Positions 19,001 through 25,157 of a stretch of 64,000 nucleotides of DNA are shown one piece after another; position 1 is the first letter of the stretch, and the number at the start of each line of letters is the position of its first letter. The notes beneath the pieces were generated by a model. That model had not been told where the DNA came from. It searched no databases and worked only from the letters and a program-made list of their open reading frames with translations. Source of the DNA: an uncultured Bacillota bacterium (GTDB lineage Bacteria > Bacillota > Dehalobacteriia > UBA7702); the NCBI GenBank assembly GCA_934702375.1, contig CAKUYE010000003.1:11589-75588 (forward strand), given 5' to 3'. Both the position numbers and the translations under genes were made by a program.

Positions 19001-19539
19001 TCACCGACAGAAAGATTGTCTAAGGAATATTGTACTGTCCATGTGGACGGGCGTATACCGCCAGTATAATCATAACCTAGTTTGTATGCAAAACCAAAAC
19101 ATTGTATTCCGCCATCAAAGTAATTACAATCATATTGCCCCACGCTTGCAGTGCCATTATGAGTTGCGCATGGATATTGGGTAACGGTATCTGCATAGGC
19201 TTCATTGCGATTGATTATTAAGTTGTCACCGTTATTGCTAACTGCCGTGACTTTATGGTTCCAATGGTATCCGTTTGGAAATTTTGCTCTTAACTGTGCA
19301 ATAGTTAGTGCTGATGCGGAAGGTTTTACACTGTTTAAGCCAATCCCCTGAGAGTAAAGTGAAGGCTCTGTTGCATTTTGTTTTAAAAGGATATCTGACA
19401 CTGATTTGTTCTGTAATGATTGTGTTGCTATTGTTGATAATTCTGCATAAGGATCATTAGGCAAAGAACTTGCAGATACAGGCAATGAAATGTATAGGAC
19501 TAGAAGCATTACTAATATCATCTGCCAAAGCTTTTTCAT
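16042..19539 (-). CDS. S-layer-anchored multidomain surface protein: CHAP/NlpC-like cysteine peptidase, Ig/Fn3-like repeats, C-type lectin, 3x Big_2, 3x SLH
   Basis: It has a signal peptide and a Cys-His pair (GGIQCFGFAYKLGY ... GHSVFVIAV). A C-type lectin block follows (WRTANLAAKRLGGELTSI...YWIGAS...WNDLP). Three 87-aa Big_2 repeats and three C-terminal SLH repeats (FSDV..AWY.., F.P....TR.Q.A) complete it. Confidence 0.95.
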   Translation of the reverse strand: MKKLWQMILVMLLVLYISLPVSASSLPNDPYAELSTIATQSLQNKSVSDILLKQNATEPSLYSQGIGLNSVKPSASALTIAQLRAKFPNGYHWNHKVTAVSNNGDNLIINRNEAYADTVTQYPCATHNGTASVGQYDCNYFDGGIQCFGFAYKLGYDYTGGIRPSTWTVQYSLDNLSVGDIIRYNGHSVFVIAVNNYGGISLAEGNYGYDCSIKWDRYITKSQITNFEWVRKCPTVVHQHNYATTEYEAAHPHREYQKCSCGATRYTGKTRYLANYSCCKPNGVTLKTGATNYTLGDAVTFTYTGNNVETFRLYLYRDGVNVYFQSNTAAQSKIFYGYNLEAGNYTAELIPVNEAYTGSAVTTSFTISPKTTFTEPTVTVSGLQLPTAYRTPGLAFTCGGTITSKSDIEYVLVDLYDDCGRLVTGYSLLPSSSTRTVDLADWTKRLDFTKTKSGAAYLYYIKVKNATDTTVLTSHKFFCTTNVPPNLSATTIKLDTDVTEKGGLVTARWEKLPTATSYYVYVTKAPYGWSDICKSAITKDNNYAFQMDKTGDYSIYVFARCTNGISAFSNKAPIKVVDKLDVSSYKPVSTVTYNGKIYELYDNPASWRTANLAAKRLGGELTSITDANENTAIHNLIKNNGSKTCYWIGASNFADSQKKYHWVSGESFTYTNWAEKEPSMGTEHFAMIFKSNGQWNDLPVEGSTYNIANMGFIVEKNAPINIDVTGVTLDKSAITLDKGSSTTLTATVAPANATNKTVTWKSSDASVATVDSGKVTAVNAGTATITVTTADGNKTATCKVTVTEKTPGIVNVTSVALDSFSVALEEGGSTTLTATVAPANATNKAVTWKSSNTSVATVNNGTVFAVNAGTAVITVTTADGNKSADCVVIVIKKDPAAINVTGVTLDQTTVSLEEGSNTTLTATVAPANATNKAVTWKTSDASVATVDNGKVTAVKAGTATITVSTADGGKTAACEITVVSKTPEVNFSDVAADAWYVSYVYDLAGKGIINGITPTTFDPEGKITRGQFVKILAYASGDDLSAYSGDSVFADANAHWSKANINWAYTNKIVYGKSDTQFAPDANITRQEMAVMIKRYADYKGITLPQTNAPITFTDEAEIAAWAKEAVSAMQQANIISGFPDGTFAPQGNATRAQAAKMISVFLSL
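16591..17375 (-). repeat. three tandem ~261-bp coding repeats (Big_2 domains)
   Basis: There are three near-identical 87-aa units (VTGVTLD...TLTATVAPANATNK.VTWKSSD.SVATV..GKVTAV.AGTATITV.TADG.K). Confidence 0.8.
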
Positions 19540-19641
19540 TTTTTCCTCCGTTTTATGTTTTAAATAGACTTAGATTTGTTAACCTCGATGTGCTTTGGAG
19601 CCTTCCTGGCAGAAAGATTTGCCTCCTTTTTTGATTACCGG

Positions 19642-19678
19642 GGAAAATAAAAAGTGCTGTGTACGTTGTACACAGCAC
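19642..19678 (-). terminator. intrinsic terminator ~100 nt upstream of the SLH-protein start codon
   Basis: On the minus strand the 11-bp stem GTGCTGTGTAC-aac-GTACACAGCAC is followed by TTTTTATTTT. Confidence 0.7.
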
Positions 19679-19762
19679 CGGAATTGCTCCATATGCAAAC
19701 AAAGCCTTGTCAACTACGGAAAATCCCTTGAAAAATGGAAGAATTTACCGTATAATGAATAG

Positions 19763-19886
19763 GCGGTATGAGCAAGGGGAATATTATGATTATTCATTGA
19801 CTTGCTTTGGTTTAGGTGCTGCTTTCACCTTAGCTGACCTCTCGGTGCTGGTAACACCGGGAGGATGCCGCAATATTTTATTTTCC
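19763..19886 (+). ncRNA. candidate structured RNA, copy 1 (cloverleaf-like four-helix fold); strand uncertain
   Basis: TTGAAA-17-TATAAT (19728-19756) lies just upstream. The fold has P1 19763-69/19865-71, P2 19770-76/19801-07, P3 19814-30 and P4 19838-64, then a U-rich tail. G.U pairs fit only the + strand. Confidence 0.45.
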
Positions 19887-19916
19887 TCGGGTGGGAGGGA
19901 ATCCCACTCAATTCGT

Positions 19917-19945
19917 ATTATACGAAAATTCCATTGGATTTGCAA
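19917..19945 (-). promoter_or_regulatory. minus-strand promoter TTGCAA-17-TATAAT reading through element copy 1 toward the SLH gene
   Basis: The -35 is at 19945-19940 and the -10 at 19922-19917, with an exact 17-bp spacer. Confidence 0.55.
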
Positions 19946-20065
19946 GTGTTCTGGCATAATTTTTTCACAAAAAATCCAATATTGTAAGATAAAGGCAGGA
20001 GAATGCTGTATTTGAAAGAAAAATGAAATCCGTGGGGCAGCGTTTCCTTTCCTTATCCTTCCCTG

Positions 20066-20105
20066 CGGAAAACAAAAAGTGCTGTACTCTTTTGGGGTAC
20101 AGCAC
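20066..20105 (-). terminator. intrinsic terminator ending the distal (copy 2) minus-strand unit
   Basis: On the minus strand the stem GTGCTGTAC/GTACAGCAC is followed by TTTTTGTTTT. The shared context CAGCACTTTTTnTTTTCC also appears at the 19642-19678 terminator. Confidence 0.7.
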
Positions 20106-20198
20106 TGATATTTCTATCTAACACAAATCAGACCACCTACCTGATTATCGACGTTAAAAACACTTGAAAAGCAAGGGTTTTTAACGTATAATAGGTAT

Positions 20199-20297
20199 GC
20201 GGTGTGCGCCTTTCGGCGCTGACTTAGGTGCTGTTATCACCTGACGAACCCTGCGGTGCTGGTAACACCAAAGGGACGCCGCGTTATTTTATTTTCC
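20199..20297 (+). ncRNA. candidate structured RNA, copy 2 (paralog of 19763-19886); strand uncertain
   Basis: TTGAAA-17-TATAAT (20164-20192) lies just upstream. The fold has P1 20199-205/20276-82, P2 GCGCC-UUUC-GGCGC, P3 20226-42 and P4 20249-75, then the tail GUUAUUUUAUUUUCC. Confidence 0.45.
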
Positions 20298-20305
20298 GTA
20301 TTATA

Positions 20306-20334
20306 ATCATACCCGAAATCCCGGGAATTTTCAA
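20306..20334 (-). promoter_or_regulatory. minus-strand promoter TTGAAA-17-TATGAT reading through element copy 2
   Basis: The -35 is at 20334-20329 and the -10 at 20311-20306, with a 17-bp spacer. Confidence 0.5.
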
Positions 20335-20455
20335 GTGATTCCCATAAAAAATATTAAAAATCGCTTTATTTTGATATTCCTCTCTTTTCCGCAACAGAGG
20401 GTTGCTTTGTTTTCTCTTGATGTTATGCTATACTTAGGAATAGAGAGGTGATGAA

Positions 20456-20902
20456 ATGGAAACGAAAGATGTTATTTTGGCGCTCCGGGCAAAGCAGGGG
20501 CTTTCCCAGGAGGAGCTGGCAGAAAAGGTGTTTGTTACAAGGCAGGCGGTATCCCGATGGGAAACGGGAGAAACGATTCCCAATACCGAGACGTTAAAGC
20601 TGCTGTCGAGGCTCTTTGAGGTATCCATCAATACTCTTTTAGGTTCTCCGCAAAAATTGATTTGTCAATGCTGCGGTATGCCCTTGGAGGATGTCGTGAT
20701 AAGCCGAGAGCCCGATGGATCTTTTAATGAGGAATACTGCAAGTGGTGTTATGCCGATGGGGCCTTTACCTATACAGATATGGAAACGCTGATTGACTTT
20801 TGCGTTGCTCATATGGCAAATGAGAATTGGTCCGGAGAGCAGGTGCGTGGTCATATGGAGGCATTGCTGCCCCGGCTGAACCATTGGAAATCAGAAAAAT
20901 AG
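20456..20902 (+). CDS. XRE HTH regulator fused to a C-terminal zinc-ribbon domain
   Basis: The HTH is GLSQEELAEKVFVTRQAVSRWETGETIP. The C-terminal part has a CQCCGMPL...YCKWCY cysteine pattern. Confidence 0.85.
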   Translation: METKDVILALRAKQGLSQEELAEKVFVTRQAVSRWETGETIPNTETLKLLSRLFEVSINTLLGSPQKLICQCCGMPLEDVVISREPDGSFNEEYCKWCYADGAFTYTDMETLIDFCVAHMANENWSGEQVRGHMEALLPRLNHWKSEK

Positions 20903-20925
20903 AAGAGATGCTACCTATATAATTA

Positions 20926-20960
20926 TAATATCCGGCTTATTTGGCCGGATATTATTTTAT
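20926..20960 (+). terminator. intrinsic terminator
   Basis: The stem AATATCCGGC/GCCGGATATT is followed by ATTTTATT. Confidence 0.7.
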
Positions 20961-21053
20961 TACAGAGCGTGATAATGGATATGGGTTTTCATTGATTTTC
21001 CCCTGCTTATGGCGTATACTAATCAGTATCGAAAAAGGAAGCAGGGTTGTTGG

Positions 21054-22799
21054 ATGAAGAATCTTAAAAATTACCTGAAACCATATAAAAAGGAATGTAT
21101 TTTGGCCCCGGGTTTTAAGCTTTTAGAGGCGGTTTTTGATTTGCTGGTGCCTTTGGTGGTGGCCCGGATGATTGATACGAATATCTTAGGCGGCAGCCGC
21201 GGAACAGTGTTTCTCTATTTTGGGGTGCTGTTGCTGATGGCGGCGGTGGGCCTTGGCTGCACGGTGCTGGCTCAGTATTTTTCCGCCAATGCCAGCACCG
21301 GGTTTGCCGGGGCTTTGCGCCAGGGGCTTTTTGAGCATATCCAGAAATTTTCCTACAGTGATTTGGACACGCTTGGCAGCGATACTTTGATTACCCGACT
21401 TTCCGATGATGTGAATCAGGTGCAAACCGGTTTGAATATGGGGCTGCGGCTGCTGCTGCGAAGCCCCTTTATCGTGATGGGGGCGATGGTGATGGCTTTT
21501 ACCATTGATCTCCGCTGCGCTCTCGTCTTTGCGGTAACGATTCCCATTCTCTTTGCCGTGACTTTTTTTCTTATGAAAATCAGCATTCCCCTCTTTGGCA
21601 GAGTTCAGGCGGGATTGGATCGGGTTACGACTTTGACACGGGAAAATCTTACCGGCGTTCGGGTGATTCGTGCCTTTTGCCGGGAAGAACAGTCCATCGA
21701 GGAATTTGAAGGGAGCAACCGGGAGCTGACCCGGCTCAATCTTTTTGTGGGACGCATTTCCGCGCTGCTGAATCCTTTGACCTACGCTTTTATCAATATA
21801 GCGGCGGTGATTTTGATTCATCAGGCTGCAATACAAGTAAATCTCGGTGTGATTCCCCAGGGGGAGGTTGTGGCTCTCTATAACTATATGCTCCAGATCA
21901 TTGTGGAACTGGTGAAGCTGGCTGCGCTGATTATTACCTTAAATAAGGCCCTGGCTTGTGCTAAAAGAACCTCGGCTGTGCTGGCGATTGCTCCGGAGAT
22001 GGACTATCCGGAGACCGATGCATCGGAGGATAAAGGCTCTGCCGCCGTGGCCTTTGAGGATGTTTCCTTTACTTATCCCCGGGGCGGTGCGCCTAGTTTG
22101 CGCCATATCTCCTTTACCGCCAAGGTCGGGGAAACGGTGGGGATCATCGGCGGTACCGGCAGCGGGAAAACGACGCTGGTTCATTTGATCCCCCGGTTTT
22201 ACGATGCTACCGAAGGCCGGGTTGTTGTTTTTGGCAGGGATATGAAAAGTGTTACCGCAAAAACTCTTTGTGATGCCGTTGGCATCGTGCCCCAAAAGGC
22301 GGTGCTGTTTCAAGGCAGTATTCGGGAGAATCTGCGGTGGGGCAATGAAAAGGCTACCGATGAAGAGCTTTGGCAAGCCTTGGAAATCGCCCAGGTAAAG
22401 GATGTGGTGGAAGCCAAAAGCGGCGGCCTTGATTTTCGATTGGAGCAGGGGGGAAGTAATCTTTCCGGTGGTCAAAGGCAGCGACTTACCATTGCCCGGG
22501 CTTTAGTGAAAGGAGCGCCGATTTTGATCCTTGACGATAGCTCCAGCGCATTGGACCAGGCCACCGATGGGGCTTTGCGGAAAGCCCTTGGCGCTCTTTC
22601 CGGCGTTACGACCTTTATTGTTTCTCAACGGATCGTGTCCGTTCGCGATGCCGATAAGATATTGGTGCTCCACAACGGAGAGCTTGTGGGCTGCGGTAAC
22701 CACGAGGATTTGATGGAACATTGTCGGATTTATCGGGAAATCTATGCTTCCCAATTTCCCGAGGATGCTGCATCTCGGCAGAAAGGGGGTAAGCGGTGA
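21054..22799 (+). CDS. ABC exporter, fused permease/ATPase subunit (heterodimeric multidrug-type, first subunit)
   Basis: A six-TM domain is followed by Walker A GGTGSGKTT, the signature LSGGQRQR and Walker B ILILDD. The ORF opens at 21009; I prefer the ATG at 21054 (MKNLKNYL). Confidence 0.9.
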   Translation: MKNLKNYLKPYKKECILAPGFKLLEAVFDLLVPLVVARMIDTNILGGSRGTVFLYFGVLLLMAAVGLGCTVLAQYFSANASTGFAGALRQGLFEHIQKFSYSDLDTLGSDTLITRLSDDVNQVQTGLNMGLRLLLRSPFIVMGAMVMAFTIDLRCALVFAVTIPILFAVTFFLMKISIPLFGRVQAGLDRVTTLTRENLTGVRVIRAFCREEQSIEEFEGSNRELTRLNLFVGRISALLNPLTYAFINIAAVILIHQAAIQVNLGVIPQGEVVALYNYMLQIIVELVKLAALIITLNKALACAKRTSAVLAIAPEMDYPETDASEDKGSAAVAFEDVSFTYPRGGAPSLRHISFTAKVGETVGIIGGTGSGKTTLVHLIPRFYDATEGRVVVFGRDMKSVTAKTLCDAVGIVPQKAVLFQGSIRENLRWGNEKATDEELWQALEIAQVKDVVEAKSGGLDFRLEQGGSNLSGGQRQRLTIARALVKGAPILILDDSSSALDQATDGALRKALGALSGVTTFIVSQRIVSVRDADKILVLHNGELVGCGNHEDLMEHCRIYREIYASQFPEDAASRQKGGKR

Positions 22800-24190
22800 T
22801 GTCGGTACAAAGAAAACAAAGAAAAGACGAAGAAACCAAAACGGGATTCTTCGTGCTGAAAAAGCTATTGCCCTATGCCCTTCGGCATAAAGGCGCCTTG
22901 GGTTTGAGCTTGTTGCTGGCAATTGCTGCGGTGGTGATGCAGCTGTATATTCCCATCCTCTTTGGCAAGGCCATTGACCATGTTGTTGCTGCGGGAAAAG
23001 TGGATTTTGCCGGTATGTGGGTTTATCTCCGCCGGATTCTGTTTTTTGCCGTGGCGGCGGCCCTGGCCACCTGGTGGATGAACCTGTTGAATAATCGCAT
23101 TACCTATGGTATTTTACGGGATTTGCGTTCCCAAGCTATGGCCCATATTCAAAAATTGCCTTTGGCTTATCTGGATAAGCATAGCTCCGGGGATATTGTC
23201 AGCCGTATCGTTACCGATACCGACGTTATTGCCGATGGGCTGCTTTTGGGGTTTAGCCAGCTTTTTGCCGGTGTTGCTCTTGTGGGTGTGTTGCTGATTC
23301 CCGGCGGCAGTCTTACCGTTGGCGGTCTTTCCGCATTGTTGGCCTATGCTAATCAATATATGAAGCCCTTTAACGATATCAGTGCCGTGGTAACGGAATT
23401 GCAGAATACTCTGGCTTGTGCCAATCGTGTTTTTGAGCTGCTGGAAACGCCTGCGGAAACTCCCGATGCCCCAGAGGGAATTGCCGAGGTAAAGGGGCAG
23501 GTAGATTTTTCTCATGTGTTCTTTTCCTATGACCCGGAGCGGCCTCTCATTGAGGATTTGGATCTGCAGATATCGCCGGGGATGCGTGTGGCCATCGTAG
23601 GCCCTACCGGCTGCGGAAAAACCACGTTGATCAACCTCTTGATGCGCTTTTACGATGTAAATGACGGCTCTATCGCCCTGGATGGCACGCCGATTGATCA
23701 GATATCCCGCCATGCCCTCCGCAGCAGCTTTGGCATGGTCTTGCAGGAAACCTGGCTGAAAAACGGCACGGTGCGAGAGAATATCTGCTTTGGCCGCCCC
23801 GATGCTGCCGAGGAAGATATTATTGCCGCCGCCAAAGCGGCCCATTGCTGGGAGTTTATCCAGCGGCTGCCTGCAGGCCTTGATACGGTGCTGACGGAAA
23901 ACAGCCTTAGCCAAGGTCAAAAGCAGCTGCTGTGCATTGCCCGGGTCATCCTCTGCCGTCCGCCGATGTTGATTTTGGACGAAGCCACTTCCAGTATTGA
24001 CACTCATACCGAAATGCAGATCCAAAAGGCCTTCGATGCCCTAATGGAAGGCCGCACCAGCTTTGTTGTGGCCCACCGGCTTTCCACCATCCGAGATGCT
24101 TCCCTGATTCTGGTGATGAAGGATGGGAAAGTTGTGGAGAGGGGGGTGCATAGTGATTTAGTTGGTGCAGGGGGGTGTACAGTAAATTAA
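22796..24190 (+). pseudogene. ABC exporter second subunit with ~120-aa internal TMD deletion and aberrant C-terminus (probably decayed)
   Basis: Walker A (GPTGCGKTT) sits at residue ~270, against ~390 in the partner. The sequence jumps from the start of TM3 (GFSQLFAGVALVGVLLI) to the post-TM6 block (GGSLTVGGLSALLAYANQYMKPFNDIS). It ends GAGGCTVN* after a G6 run. Confidence 0.55.
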
Positions 24191-24222
24191 CGTTGGGCGC
24201 GCGGGCGCGCTAAACGCACAGA

Positions 24223-24580
24223 ATCGGGCAAACCTGCCCAAAGCCGAGCTTGCGGGTACCACTTAGTACACCGCAAACTCATCTTCGGTCACGTTTACCC
24301 GATTCAGAACGTTTATCGCACCCTTCCCGGGCGTTGAGTGGCTGATGCCGGGCAAAATCCCCAAACCACAGCTGACCGGATACGTCTTTGTATACCGGTC
24401 AACTGCGCTTCGGGGCTTTTACCCGGCCTAAGCCGTTTATCGCACCCTCTCCAGGGTAGGTGGCTGATACTCGGCAAAATCTTTGCGCCGCGGCTGCCAG
24501 GATACGTTTATGTATACCTGCCAACCACGCCCCAAAGCTTTTGCCGAGTTCAGCGTGTTTATCGTGTCCTTTTTGTGTCG
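24223..24580. repeat. three tandem ~115-124-bp structured repeats
   Basis: The units are at 24223-24344, 24345-24466 and 24467-24580. Each has an outer stem, an inner hairpin with a conserved bulged A, and a linker containing GTTTATCG(C/T)... and GGTGGCTGAT. Confidence 0.8.
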
Positions 24581-24582
24581 TT

Positions 24583-24608
24583 AAACAGCCTTTTAATGCT
24601 GTTTTTTT
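24583..24608 (+). terminator. intrinsic terminator after the repeat array
   Basis: The stem AACAGC/GCTGTT is followed by TTTTT. Confidence 0.7.
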
Positions 24609-24664
24609 GCGAATAAGACAATTTATGAGATGTATTGCAAATATTTAAACTGTACAGGAGCGCC

Positions 24665-24677
24665 GGGGGGGGGGGGG
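24665..24677. repeat. homopolymeric G13 tract
   Basis: I counted 13 consecutive G in the sequence, 10 nt upstream of a TGtaTATAAT -10-like element (24684-24693). Confidence 0.95.
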
Positions 24678-24789
24678 TAAAATTGTATATAATAATGTGT
24701 GCACTAGTCAACGAAAAGTAGACACAAGATTTAAAAAGTAGACATTTCAAAAGGGGAAAATACCCCAACAGAATAAATCGTAAGATCGT

Positions 24790-24981
24790 CCAACCTGTGA
24801 TGGGGAGGGCAGGGGAGAGAATCTCTCCCTGTGGAAGCCGGTGAGAACCCGGAGCTTAACCGTTAGCCGTATTGCGAAAGTTTGTACAACATAGGGCGAA
24901 AGCCGCCATTGTGGGAATCCATGAGAAGGTTGTGTACAGGCGCAGAGGGAAAACCTCGAGATCGCTAAGCCGGAAGACTTG
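24790..24981 (+). promoter_or_regulatory. cobalamin-riboswitch-like leader (divergent)
   Basis: Three blocks match the cobalamin consensus and the canonical copy at 63678-63836: GGAAGCCGGUGAGAACCCGG (24833-52), GCCAUUG-hairpin-AGAAGG (24905-29) and AAGCCGGAAGACUUG (24967-81). The central CCCGCnACUGU core is poorly conserved. Confidence 0.5.
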
Positions 24982-25025
24982 ATTTTGTGAGAGAAAAAAG
25001 AATATAGATTTTGTGGGAATAAGGC

Positions 25026-25075
25026 GGCCGCAAAGTTACGTTTTTTTAATGTAGCTTTGCGGTCTTTTTATTTTA
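25026..25075 (+). terminator. intrinsic terminator between the leader and the giant ORF (putative expression platform)
   Basis: The stem CCGCAAAG/CTTTGCGG (25028-35/25055-62) is followed by TCTTTTTATTTT. The gene's RBS and ATG follow ~80 nt later. Confidence 0.7.
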
Positions 25076-25157
25076 TTGGCGCACAAAGCCCTTGCTGCGC
25101 ACCGGGGTCTCAACGTCACTCATAGAATTTTTATTTGGAAAGGATGGAAAAAGGATC

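Noticed and set aside
19659-20015. A 118-aa plus-strand ORF spanning element copy 1.
   Set aside because: It has no RBS and low-complexity or odd composition. It is not conserved across the paralogous copy 2 and coincides with the structured RNA region.
19763-20297. Whether the cloverleaf elements are tRNA genes. They have a 7-bp closing stem and a 5-bp stem with a 7-nt loop CUGUUAU/CUGCUUU.
   Set aside because: They have no D-loop GG, no T-loop GTTCRA and no CCA or discriminator context. The fourth arm is 10 bp with an internal loop and the arm spacing is wrong. They are not tRNAs, though the four-way junction is noted in the finding.
19642-20334. Whether the convergent-promoter arrangement is a type I toxin-antitoxin.
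   Set aside because: No conserved small hydrophobic ORF exists in both copies. The plus-frame LTCFGLGAAF... ORF in copy 1 is interrupted by stops in copy 2. The minus-frame 27-aa ORF lacks a start codon in copy 2.
24223-24580. Whether the tandem repeats are a CRISPR array. The linker CGCACCCTTCCCGGGCG vaguely resembles type I-C repeats.
   Set aside because: The period is ~120 bp, not 60-75 bp. The would-be spacers are homologous to one another and form covarying stems. No cas genes are in the window.
24790-24981. An alternative reading of the leader as a c-di-GMP (GEMM) riboswitch, since these often control clostridial surface proteins.
   Set aside because: Only GGGCGAAAGCC loosely resembles the GEMM ACGCAAAGCC segment. 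The tetraloop/receptor hairpin pair is not evident. Three separate blocks match the cobalamin class, and the downstream DUF4430 fits B12.
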